A DNA stretch of 63,243 nt, counting the filler, from Hausera hauseri (Eukaryota), in NCBI GenBank assembly GCA_046269625.1. It is 12 parts of 12 records of this genome, joined end to end, with 100 filler letters (N's around TTAATTAATTAA, not from the genome) between each part and the next. Parts side by side here need not be neighbours in the genome. Positions count along the whole stretch, not along the records: positions 46,873 to 52,499 come from JBJURY010218077.1; positions 52,600 to 57,392 come from JBJURY010434583.1; positions 57,493 to 63,243 come from JBJURY010195303.1; 9 more parts are not named here. One strand, given 5' to 3'. The first letter of the stretch is position 1; the number at the start of each line of letters is the position of its first letter. The position numbers and the translations under genes were made by a program. The notes under the pieces were generated by a model. That model ran no database searches and was not told the DNA's origin. It saw only the letters and a program-made list of their open reading frames with translations. Positions 51,508 to 63,243 of this stretch are shown here, one piece after another.

Positions 51508-51880
51508 ATAGGTTATTATGTAAATGAACATTATTGTTGTTGTTTTAAATGTTATGTTGCTTGAAAACAGTATATTGTTATGTTAATAAAAGTTTGTTTT
51601 AATATATACCTTTATTGTTTTTTTATTAAGTAATGTGGGGTAAGGCAAAAAACGAATGAGTAAGACTAGGTTAAGGCTACATAAAGGTTAGTAGTAATCG
51701 GACTATATAGAATAATGATAATAATACTACATAAAATAGTACTAAATAAACTAAAGGATACTAAGTAAATATTTAAGCAATTAACAATGTACAATTCAAA
51801 TTAGTAATCAATATCTTCACTCATTACACAGTTATATGCATTGATACTTTATTAATTCAAATTTCAAAAATTCAATTATT

Positions 51881-52120
51881 GAAAACGAATGCTTAACATG
51901 CTTCAAGACGATGCGTGGTGCAAAGGTGAAACTCGCCACATGTGATGATCACCTATTCTATTGGAGTTGTCTACGAGAGTGGCTGAGGCGCAGCATGACG
52001 TGCCCCGTGTGCAGGGCAGAGTGCGAATACGCCGTTGTGCAGGATTCAGAGGGCCAATGTATATATGTGATTTGGGTCAAGATCATGCTAACAGATGATC
52101 CCCCGATTATCGGACTATAA
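51881..52120 (+). CDS. RING finger protein downstream of the pPolB
   Basis: ECLTCFK...CDDHLFYWSCLREWLRRSMTCPVCRAE. Confidence 0.75.
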   Translation, partial: ENECLTCFKTMRGAKVKLATCDDHLFYWSCLREWLRRSMTCPVCRAECEYAVVQDSEGQCIYVIWVKIMLTDDPPIIGL

Positions 52121-52758
52121 GATGATAGTGATGAAACTATCGTTGATTCTGACAGTACGACTGATACACAAAGGTAGTAGTGTTGTTTTAATACATATGT
52201 TTTGCTTTTATTCATTATTTTTGGTCTTTAAAAAATAAAAATATCTTCAGCAACATTTATTTAGTAACAATGTAACTTTGACATAACGCTAAACACTTTT
52301 TGTAAGCACAATGTGAACCATGTTTACGAAAAATACATGTAATGTTCTTTGTTATAGCTACAAATTTGTTACATTCATATGCACATATTCGCAATTCTGG
52401 AAATATTCTATTAAGTATCTTCTTTTGCCCATCAGCATGATCGTTGACAGAACATGGATTCATTTATATCACACATATTCCCAATATCTTGCATAAGGCN
52501 NNNNNNNNNNNNNNNNNNNNNNNNNNNNNNNNNNNNNNNNNNNTTAATTAATTAANNNNNNNNNNNNNNNNNNNNNNNNNNNNNNNNNNNNNNNNNNNNC
52601 GCTATCAGTTGATTGTATTGATTCACGAAGAGTTATGCCATTTGGGCTACAAAAAGTTGTGGGAATATATGAAGGACGCTTGCTTTTGACCAAGAATGGG
52701 AGAGACTATAAAACGAATGGTTCAAGAGTGAGGAATTTGCAGAAAAAGGAAGGCAGAC

Positions 52759-52868
52759 TGTGGTTCCCGCGTCCATCGTCGCCCTCCGGCCCATTCGGTT
52801 GGGCACGGCCGGGCGTCCGCTACCGGGCACATAGGCAGGCCCCAATTTTCTGCCTTGGAAACTAAAAT
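52759..52868 (+). repeat. GC-rich structured module, copy 3 (8-nt internal deletion, degenerate right end)
   Basis: Aligns to copies 1 and 2. Preceded by the purine tract agaaaaaggaagg. Confidence 0.85.
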
Positions 52869-53099
52869 AAATCAATAGAAAGGATGCCTCTATATTATAT
52901 TCTTAATTGTTTAACATCTCTCCAAGCAAATCCAAATATCGTTCATATTTAATAAAGAATACTGTTCCATATATGACTTTAATGCTATTGTAGAATATCT
53001 TCGATCATTTGAACGACGAAAATTTGACAAAGATATGACTATTAAGTCGGTGTATGATTCTCAAATGAACTGGGATGGGTTTATTAGCCTTGTCAATGA

Positions 53100-53300
53100 A
53101 ACAATATTTATCGGTTTGTCGGTCGCGTCGTTGGAATTACGTTGTTAATAAACGAAAACATTCCTTTGAAGTTGTCTAGACACGTTTTGAAGTTCATTCT
53201 GGAATTGTCGATTGGCTGGCATGATTTTGCATTTTTCAGTTCACAGTTGTACGAAAGTCTTAAACAGTTAATGCAAGTAGCTCTCGAAGCCCAAAAATGA
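53100..53300 (+). pseudogene. UBR5: UBR5/EDD/hyd HECT-domain fragment
   Basis: YRFVGRVVGITLLINENIPLKLSRHVLKFIL...IGWHDFAFFSSQLYESLKQL matches the UBR5 WHDFAFF..YESLRQL region. Confidence 0.8.
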
Positions 53301-53304
53301 GGGA

Positions 53305-54200
53305 TTGTCGGTACTCAATATCTTTCTGAATGTTTTGTCACTTTCAATGTTTCTCATCATCTGTAAATCTCACTATCTGAAACAGATTCATATATATCCC
53401 TCAATTTTGTCATACTTAGAAATTCTAAATCAATACTTCAACATGTATAATCAGGTCAAGAGGTACCGGAGTTTTGGTACTGATTTACTAATTTTTTCCG
53501 CGATATTTAGTGCAGAGGGTTTACGTTGTTGTTGATTGTATGCATGTCATACTTCAGCACTCTATTTTCAGCACGAGAAATTGGTGGTTTTCCGTTATTT
53601 CTACTTGTCGTTGCGGTATGATGTGTAAATGGTACATCACCCAACAAGAAACCCATCAGACGTTTGTTAATGCTTTGCGTCGTCCAATTATTTTACTGTG
53701 ACTCATTCTATTTTGCAGTATTGTCATTAACTATTTGGCCTTTGTTATGAGCGGTGCAAATAAAGTTTTGATGTGTGTAAGTTCTGATGGCAGTTCCAGT
53801 GTTATACCATTTCTTAACATGTCGGAAATGACACGAGAACAAGACAGGGCAAAATCAATATTCACCGTGACAATTTCTGGACTTCAGTACTGGTTACCTT
53901 TGATAACGTTATCCATGTCAACAATACTTACTTGGTCGATGTTATTTGAACGATCCAAATTGCAACGAAATAGATATATAAAAAAACAACTCCGATTTTG
54001 TAGCCAGCATTTACCGATTTGTAATGGATTATAAATCACAGAATGCAAATAATGTTTTTGAAGCTTACAAGTATTACGAATTATCACAATTGGTTTCGGT
54101 GGTTGCTGAGATGATTAACAATTGTGGATCACTGATTAATACCTTCATTTTTCTCTGCTGATCCGACACATCGAAACATACCCAAAATGTTTTTGAGGAA
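53305..54200 (+). pseudogene. Decayed multi-pass membrane protein, GPCR-like
   Basis: Successive hydrophobic segments, YWLPLITL (TM5-like) and NNCGSLINTFIF (TM7-like). Stops and frameshifts. Confidence 0.4.
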
Positions 54201-54444
54201 AAGTGCATATGTAATTCGGGCAGTTAATCATACTAGAAGTAGATTGTAACAATGTTGAACCAATGTATTTTATTTAAATGTATAGATTGACTTACAATTT
54301 GTAATTAGTTTGAAAATAGATTGATTTTATCCATATTGAATTTTAGCCATTGTGACCTTTCCATTTTAAATCTTATTTTGGTATTTGCAGTATTTGTTCT
54401 TTTAGACTTTTATATTCTCGGATAATTTCATTACTAACAATAAA

Positions 54445-56720
54445 ATGGTGTCAGAAAAGTCTGAAACTTCCACATCGAATGCATCCAGAAATCCCAGATT
54501 ATGAAGTTCATTTTCGAGGATTTTCTGCTCTGAAGCTAATATTTAATCTCGACCCAAGTCCACACATACTTCTTTTAGTTTGTGAAATAATAAAAATGCT
54601 CGTTTTGATAATCGATCGGATTGATTTACGCTTCATGCCAAATGATTACTCGTCAATGAGAAGTACCATGCTTAAACATATTATGAAAATGGAATCGTCT
54701 GTTATTCATAAACCTGTAAAGGGTGACAGATTGTCAGTGCCGTCACTTTCACAGAAAAATACGATGTCAATCAAAAATCTCAGATCCCAACGGCCGATAT
54801 CATTACATGATATGTCTAAATATAGTTTAGTGGATTAGGTTTGGCTTTGTTGTAAAGTAGAACTCAGCAATCAAGCTTCAACTTATGATCCAGATGTGTT
54901 ATTGAACTATTTGTCGGAAGTTATTTCAGAACCATTCGTTGATATGATCCAGTTTTTAATGAAATTGCTTTGTTATGATAATTCAACTATTAAAATATCT
55001 GGAGTTACCAATCTTTTAAACCTGATATAACAATGCATGGACGCTGACAACCAATTGATGTGGAAGGATACACTGGATGCTATAGTGTTCATTTATCATG
55101 ATCAGAAAATTTTAACTAAAATATTTTCAATTGGCCAACATCCGGAAGTGACACGAATTGCCGAACCAATTCTGAAGTATTTTAATTTTTTCGAAAATAG
55201 AGCCCTTCAAAATCTGTCTTCAATCGCTCAATCCTATAAATTAATTTGTGGTAACCAAGATGCGAACAAAACCGATGTACATTATAATCAGACAGCTGCC
55301 GAAACGTCATGCAAATCCATGATTGGCGTAGAATATTATAAACATTTTATAATGCAATGTGGACTTCACGCGATGATTGCGTTCAACATGGAAGTGTTAA
55401 ATAAATTTCCTACCGAAGAAATAACGGACGAGACGTTGTATGTCAGTCAATTTTTAAGCAAACAAGTACGGTTATTTCATTTAAAGTCCGAATTGATGGT
55501 ACAAAAACGAAAGGAAATTGACTCTACTAGCAGTACCGAACAAAAAGATTCGCCATTCATGGGTGATATGTCTTGTCAACTCATAATGCCCCATGATGAT
55601 TATAACTCTGATTATCAGTCAAACCATCATCCAATGGTCCAAGTATTCGAGAGGCCGGCATCATTCGAAGCATCATGGGGAAGTAAGAAGAATATGTCGA
55701 TTGACGATGAGACACTTTCTGACGCATTACTAAATTCACTGTCTATTTGTCAATCCGATCTTATTCAGCACTTTAATGACATTCCCGCTGATGATGATTT
55801 TTGTACGTTGGTAGAAAATAAATCACCCATAATCAATACATCGAAATAAATTAACGATTCGTCAAATTATTTCAGAGAATTTGACAGTGACATTGATGCA
55901 GAAGAAACGTTATATCGTAATAAATGTAATTGGTCAAAATGGCCTACGGCGATTCCAGAAAATGCAATTTTCGATGAAAAAGCAGCTAGAAAACGCAAAC
56001 GTGATTGTGATAAAGAATATGTTTTATGTGTAAAAACACTGATTCAAAGTCGAAAGTTATGAAAAAAGGAGACAACAACAATGAATTTCCTGATGTCCAG
56101 TTACCGAAAAGTCCGCTAACAGTCGACAACTGAAACGGTCAAATTCTGTTCCAAATTTAACGTCCAGTGGTGAAAACAATAACGGTGCTGCTGTCACAGC
56201 TGAAAAATCCAAATTTATCAGTAATTACGAATCCAAGAATCGTGAAGTAATCAATAATGATTTCCTTCAGCGAATTCATGAATATAATCCGAGTCTTTTC
56301 CAAATAGTGGTTCAAAGTCAATCTAACAACAGTCAAAAGGATACAAACTTGTTTCCAAACATTGATTCAAGTTTATATATTTGTGACGAGACAAAAGGAG
56401 TGGTCCAAATACTCCCGAAAGAATTATTCGATTCCAAAGCATCAATTCACGAAAAAATAAAATCCTTTGAAAAAGATTCCTCATCAGACAGAAGTTTCTC
56501 TGAGATCGTTGACGAAAATGGAGCTGGCGAATGGAAAAATGATGAATTTTTAAATTCATTCGATTCTGACGAATTCAAAGAGACAGATCTTCATATGCTC
56601 AAAGGCAGTAACAATCCAACGAGTACTGTGAATTTATTTAAAAATACAAAACAGAGTGCTGATATGAATGGTAACACGTTTGTGCCAATAACTGAAATGC
56701 AATCGATATGGACTGCGTCA
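54445..56720 (+). pseudogene. Long interrupted reading frame of unknown identity
   Basis: ORF pieces 54479-54838, 55037-55849 and 56307-56720 are separated by isolated stops or frameshifts. No motif recognised. Confidence 0.45.
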
Positions 56721-57392
56721 ATAGATGATTATGAGTACAAAGAATATCCTCTACTATTTCTTGTTAAAACTGTTGATTGACAGTTCAGAGAACACAAACA
56801 ATACAGAAATTCAAATAGACGTCATCCGTCAGACATACTAATATTAATAATGCTGCTATTGTTCCACACTCTGGTATACTAGAACCACAGCATCCATCAT
56901 ATGATCCTCCTATGCCTAAATACGGACTTGAACCATCTAATTTTGCGCTAACCGCTCTCGATTCAGTTTTGTCCAACTGGTCCGCTATAGAAATATTATT
57001 TCTCGCTGGTGATAAATCATATTGGTTGAGCGGTATTATTAATAATGCGAATATGGTTAACACCAACAGAATAAACACACTTTCCGACGATGAGGTATTT
57101 TTGAACTATCAAACGTTTTCGGAACAGTTGGATTAGTTTTCTTTTACCTTGATTGCGAAAACGCCATCATCATCTGTTGATATCCTTTTGAATACAATTA
57201 ATAAACAACTACAAGATAAAAAATGCAAATATCAAATAAATCATCTAAAGTAAAACGAGTTGCATCGAGACTAATACGTTCTGTTGCAAGAGTCTTTGTA
57301 GCTCTTCAGCTACAGATGGCTTGAGATTTTAACCGTAAACGTCATCAAAGTTGATTGAGCAGTAATGTTTACGTTTATTCAGCACAACCAAG
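56720..57392 (+). pseudogene. UBR5: UBR5 central-region fragment
   Basis: LLFLVKTVD*QFREHKQYR, LEPSNFALTALDSVLSNWSAI, EVFLNYQ...LD*FSFTLI and RLIRSVARVFVAL. Confidence 0.82.
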
Positions 57393-57492
57393 NNNNNNNN
57401 NNNNNNNNNNNNNNNNNNNNNNNNNNNNNNNNNNNNTTAATTAATTAANNNNNNNNNNNNNNNNNNNNNNNNNNNNNNNNNNNNNNNNNNNN

Positions 57493-59960
57493 TTCTTATG
57501 TTTTCTTCAATGACATGTGTCCTGTCAAATATAAATCATATTTGGACATCAAAACTTCAGTTGTAAGTTTTTTGGAATAACTATCAGCTTTCTTCCTTTT
57601 CGCTCATAATATAGAAGGTTTTCAAGGACCTTGTTGTTCAGAACGCAATATGTGTCCATGTCTACGTATATGTTTCTTTAATTGTCGTCCTTTTGGTATT
57701 ATGTCCTTTTCAGCAAATTCTATAATCTGATGGATAATTCTATCCTTTCTTTGTTCGGTTGAGATTTTAATCGCTTTATCCATTATTAGGGCGCGATGGT
57801 TATCTATTATTTCTTCAAGCCGAGGTTTCTTTATTACAGTGATTGCACTTGTTTTGGTCTTTAATCTTGATAGTGCATCGACATGTACATGTTTATTTAC
57901 TGGCTTATACTGGAATAAGATATTGTATCTAGAGATTTCTTCAATCCAACTGTTTAGTCTGCAAGACGGATTATTTTCTCGGCCTTTTAAAGTCGTGACG
58001 GTTTTGTGGTCAGTGACAATTATAATTTTCTGCCCGTACACGTAAACGTTAAAATGTCGAAGCGCTTTTTACGGCTAGTGTTTCTAATTCAGTAACGGAA
58101 TAATATTTCTCGGCCTTCTTCAAGGAACGTCCTCCATAAGCAATTGGGTGTTCTAATTCTTCATCTTCTCTTTTCTGAGCCAATTCATATCCAATTCCTT
58201 CCATGCTGTAATCTGTCTTGATTAAAAATGATAAGTTAAAATATGGGTATCGTAAAACTGATTCGCTTGTTAGTATCTACTTCATTTCGTCAAAAGCTTT
58301 TTGTTCGATATCTACCCATTTCCATTTAATTCCTTTCTTAAGTAGACGATATAAGGGTGCATTTATTTTTGAGTTGTCCGGCACGTAAGTGGCATAATAT
58401 TCGCAAAGACCTAGCCAATGTCTAACTCTTTCTCGTTTTGTGGTTCTATACAATTAGATATTTTGTTCAATAATGATTTATCTGGATTGATCCTCCTTCT
58501 CCAACTATATGGCCAAGGTAGGATATAGCTTTCTGAGCCCATTTACATTTCTTCGGACTTAATTTCAATCTAGCCTGTTCCAGTCGCATCAGTGTATGTT
58601 CGATATCCTTTTGGTGTTCCTCTTCTGTCCTTGACGCTATCATTACATCATACAAGTATGCAAAAGCATAATCTAACCCAAATAACATTTTGTTCATCAT
58701 CCTCGTAAATATGGCCGGTCCGGTAGTAATACCAAGCGGCACGACGTTGAATTCATAAATACCAGTGTGTTTTGAATGCGGTTTTATATCAATCATCGTC
58801 CTCAATTTCTACTTGCCAATGTCCGGATTGTAAATCCAGTGGTAAACCATTTTGCTCCTGAGAGTCTGTCTAGAGCTTCTTTTACTGATGGCAATGGGAA
58901 AGAATCTTTCATCATAAGCTTATTTAATGCTCTGTAGTCAATACAGAATCGATGTTTTGTAATATCCTTCATTTTAACCATGAGAATTGGTGAATATCAA
59001 GATCTATAACTGGGCCTGATTATGTGAGCTTTGAGCATCCGTTCAACTTCCTTTGTTATCTCGGGCCTTAATGAATGAAGTGGAAGGTATCATTTCGGCA
59101 TCTTTTGTTCTTCAAAGTCTATCTCTTCATGTAAACCAGGCTTTTTCTTAAGCGGGATAGTCAATTTTAATGCTTTTGCTAAGCCAATATCTTCGTCGTC
59201 CTTAGCAATAATTGATTTATAGCGAAACAATAGTTCATAAATTCGGCAGTAAGACTCAGGTGAAAATTTCGTTTCGACATGAGGTGGGAATTCGGCATAC
59301 TTATAAGGCTTTTCCTCAATAGTTATAGACGACACTGTATTTCCTAGTAGTATAAGCATAAAACTTGACTAGGGTCGGTGCATTATTTGATATTCTGACT
59401 GGTACACGACCGGAGTGTACTCTTGTCAGTATGTTACTGAGTATTATATTCGGATCTAATGTTTCTTTTGGTTCAAAATATACCGGTTGATCATCTTGTT
59501 GAATTTGCGCATATTTTATCATCTCTGTTCTTGGTGGAATATTTTCATCTACTGGTATCCACACTTCTCCAAATTTTCTATCCTTAGGGTGTTTTACGCC
59601 TTTATTCAATCGGATTTCTATTAATTTTCGTTTGTAAGACAATCGCTATATTTGGTAGTCTTTCCAGTAGATCACATCCTAAAACTACGTCGTCAGTTAA
59701 TTGTTCCATAATTGCAAATTCATGATGGAAAAATTGTCCAACTATTTGAACCTCTGAGTTTCATTTAAACATCGGTTTAGACAATTGGCCAAAGGTTCCT
59801 GTACTTCCTGGATCTTTTGAAGACGGTGGGTGTAATTGTCCTCTTAGCGTTTGGGGTATTGAATCGTTTTTAATGTAAGACATCTCAGAACCTGTATCGA
59901 TAAACGCATAAACTTCGCAGTCTTCAATAATAATTTTGGTAAAGGGTCTTCCCTCTATTA
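57493..59960 (-). mobile_element. Decayed Ty3/Gypsy pol (protease, RT, RNase H, start of the integrase region)
   Basis: AFIDTGSEMS, RFCIDYRALN, GIYEFNVVPLGIT, AYLYDVMIAS, IVTDHK and HVDALSRL. Confidence 0.92.
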
Positions 59961-60362
59961 CTGTTGCAAAACAGTTTGATGCAACTTTTGGGCTTTTAGC
60001 TGCCGATATTGTGTCCGTTGATTCGGATTTCCGAGGAGGATATTACATTTTCTGATAATTATCTTATTTCGCCGTTTGGATATAATCCATTGTTTTAGAT
60101 TATCAATTCTCCCGTTTCATGAGTACTAATTAATGGTTCTCGATTGTTAGTATGTGGTTCATATTCCTTGAATTTTCCCATACCGGTGATCTGATCTCTA
60201 TATTACGAGGTTATATCGAGAAATACAATATTCTGGAGTCATCCACGGGCTGTCGGCAACTCATTTTCCGTAAGGCTCCATAACGTTTCGTACCTTCGTA
60301 GCAGTCTTCTAAACTAATTGTCCTCTTAGATTTCTGTCTGGCATGAGCTCATTGATCGCTTG

Positions 60363-62388
60363 TCAGTCTTCATAGACTGGAGCAGTAGGGGGCAGCATAG
60401 TTAATGGTGGTTTAATGACGGAATACATATTGTGTCTATCTATTCTTGGAAGTACTTCTCCCTTAGGCTCGTCACTTGAATTATTTCTTCGCGTAGTAAG
60501 TTTTGTAATTTTCCGCTTATACAGGAACATAGGTCTTCCTTTTCCTTTGCGATTATAGTAACCGACATGCCGTTCTACGTCCAATTTTCATCTATTCTCC
60601 TCAGTATTTTACATAAAAATCCAGTCAATTTAAATATTTCATATCCATTTATTACTGCTTGGATGACTGCCTTAATCGTTTGTATTGGGAAATATATTGC
60701 TAAAAATCCAGATGCAGCTTGTCCAAAAATTAAGAACTTTCCAAAATTTTGTAGAGTATTTCTGTAGTTACTCGTTGGTAATGGTTTACTCCGAGCAAGG
60801 ATTCCCATTTAGCTTGATAGCGAGTATCATCTACTACAGAGGTCATGGCTCGGTTCAACTCGTGAGTCCGTTGTCGCGGGAAAGCGAGAAATTGTCTGAA
60901 AGCTTCAATTACCTTAGGCCTATATATGCCTTTAGATGAAGTGTCTTGAAATTTGTCGTCTGTAATTCCTTTTGCAAGGTTTGTTCCTGTTAATTTATTT
61001 GAAGGAACAGTGATACCTCCATTTGGCAAGCTAACCCAATCCGTTTCACTACGCCTAAACATGGGTTCTTCTAAGCCTGCTTTACAATTTTTAAGGATTG
61101 TCGGTTCAGTTGCATTGTCTAATAACACTCTAGTAAGCGGCGTGACTAACCTTGGAGTATTCTGGTAAATAACGGGACGTTCCTGTATGCAACGTTTTAC
61201 TTCAACGTTGATTGGTACATCTCTCTTCTAACATTCGTAAGTCAATAGGACTTTAACAGTAACTCGATCAAACTTTCCTTCTCTTATAGGAATTATTGGG
61301 GATGCCAACTCAGGATTAGCATAAATAAGAGCCAATTTCGTCCTCATGATTTTCATATCCAATTTACAATCACTCGTTATCATTTTATGATATAATTCGG
61401 TGATTCCGACTTGTCCTTTGTAATAAAAATAATCATCTCTGTTTTTTAGGTAGTCCTTAATTCGAATATCCTGAGTTTCTAGTTTGTAAGTTTTCGCATT
61501 TATTTCTGTTTCTGCGACGAAGAACGCTTTATAGTTTGTAGCGAACATCACTACTTCACAAGGAGAGATCATTTCCTTTTTAATAAATTTTATTCCATGC
61601 TGGTCAAAGATTAATATAGTAGATGTAGGATGTTCTGATACGTCTTCGCGTGTCCTTGAATTGGTATCAGATATATCTATATATCGTTCTCCGGTAGTTT
61701 CATTAAATTTTAATTCCTTAATTTTTATAAAATTACAGATTCTTCCAGAGGGAGGTTCCCAAATTATAACAGAACTTCTAAAGGCACAGGTTCCGCCTTG
61801 TAAATGACATTTTGGATTCTCGGTATATAGTTTGGTGACGCTATGGAACATTACTTTCTGTACTCGCGTCCCTGATTCATAAAAATCTACGACCACTACG
61901 TTTGATTCTAATTCTTTTCCGGTGTTGTATTCTGCTCCGCTACAATGTCCGTTATGCATGTCTAGCCTTCAAACCACTACGTTATATGCCCTAATTATCT
62001 TCCCTGGTTGTATCTCTAGTTCCATACTATCCCATTTTAATCTTCCTGTTTCCTTGGCCTGTTTACAATAGTGGCGTTCTAAGTTCATCGGAATCGGAGG
62101 GGTTGTTGGTTTGATTACTGAAGAACGTCCGTGCATTAGTCCGCAGTGAAAAATGCTACGAGATCGTCTCAGCATAAATTCCATTCCATCAAATTATATA
62201 AACTCTTGTTGCTGGTACAGAAAATAACTTTTCTCTCTCGTTTCTAACTTGTGCGGCCTGGCAACTTCGCATACTTCTAAATCCATTAGAGAATATTTCT
62301 GCTCTAGTTTAAACGTATCGCAATCGTAGAGAGCAACAGCACCTATTTGCTTTAATAGCATCATCAAGGTAAGTAAGCTGATTAACCA
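60363..62388 (-). pseudogene. Envelope-like class III fusion glycoprotein (chuvirus/Monjiviricetes G-like)
   Basis: Hydrophobic signal WLISLLTLMMLLKQIGAVA then LYDC; IFHCG; GHCSG; CHLQGGTC...IIWEPP...C; C...FATNY; RCIQERPV...VTPLTRVL. C-terminal TM FLIFGQAASGFLAIY. Confidence 0.78.
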
Positions 62389-63243
62389 TTATGATTTGTT
62401 CCTCCGGCCACTACCATCCGTCATTGTCAAATTACGTAACATATCTTCGAGTTTATTATTATTACCGGCCTTTTTATCTCCTTCCTTATCGAATAACCTT
62501 GACCAATTTACTTCACAGGGTAGCTTCCTAGCCGCTCTTCGTGAAAAGCTTGTAGCTCTATTAATTTCGTTTTCTTGACTAGGATTTGTCTTGATGGCCA
62601 AGTATAGCAATACTTTTCTTAGCTCTTCTATTGTATTTTCCACCATGATTTTCTCGGCTACTGCTTCATCGATTAAGTTACTTTTTGATAGCTTAAAACG
62701 TAAACTTCTCGTCATTCTGACTGCACTAAATATCTCTTTCTCTTTATCGTCCAACGAGTCGCCTCGGAGGCTGGAATAATTTACGATTCGTATTAAATTC
62801 TTAATTAATTAACTCAGTTCTTCATTGTTTGTGCTAAAGGGAGGGATCGACATCTATCTCCATTCTTTAACAATTCTTCGTTATAGTCCACGTATTCTTG
62901 AATTTCCCTAGGCCTACCTCCGGGACGTCTCTGTTTCCGAACGGTTGTTGAACTGATACTCAGTGGCACTAAACTTTTGTCGAATTGTTCCTTATCTTCA
63001 TCTGTTTGTAAATACTCAAAATATATAGCAGCGTCTCGGACTCCGATGATTTGTCCTAAGCATTATTCTGTTTTAGCCTTCCGTGTGGCTTCTTTTTTAG
63101 TCTGCTCATCAGCTATTACTACTACTATTCGGTTTGTATCGTGGGATATAATCTCGACATCTATTAGTTGTTCTAATTCGTCTAGTATTCTCCCTCTAAA
63201 ATATAATCTATAGTTTAGCTCGTTTATTTATTAACCATTCTCT
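62389..63243 (-). pseudogene. Unknown decayed ORF whose 3' part is in frame with the env-like gene
   Basis: ORF 62754-62389 is separated from the env signal peptide by one TAA. Further interrupted coding sequence runs to the window end. Confidence 0.5.

Noticed and set aside
1-63243. Species identification
   Set aside because: Tiny introns, divergent AT-rich genes and fish-like DNA suggest a fish-associated invertebrate, but the sequence alone cannot name the taxon and the contigs may have mixed origins.

Overview
This window is not a contiguous locus. It is 12 unplaced contigs of about 4-7 kb from a eukaryotic, animal-like assembly, joined by artificial 100-bp spacers (44 N + TTAATTAATTAA + 44 N). 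It contains: a 4.5-kb degenerate (TTCG)n tract; a 7.4-kb 44-bp satellite; decayed transposons (piggyBac, BEL/Pao, several Ty3/Gypsy, a LINE fragment, a Polinton/adintovirus-type pPolB with a RING gene); one long intact kinase ORF; and many AT-rich, stop- or frameshift-damaged fragments of conserved genes (CFAP74, SMG6, TMED7-like, MSH4, FANCI, alpha-tubulin, UBR5 twice) strung together as mosaics. The most notable observations are: (1) a GC-rich 118-bp structured module with TGT...ACA ends, present on three contigs and each time followed by gene-like host fragments; (2) a vertebrate (teleost-like) synaptotagmin-6 exon joined to a divergent SMG6 gene through a short sequence that reads in both genes; (3) a bacterial/phage-like ORF fused in frame to a piggyBac transposase; (4) a Gypsy element carrying a chuvirus-like class III fusogen upstream of pol; (5) twin covarying tRNA-like folds inside a gag-only, tRNA-Leu-primed Gypsy element. 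Chimeric assembly or whole-genome-amplification artefact is a live alternative for every junction. All homology calls are from recognition of motifs, not from database searches.
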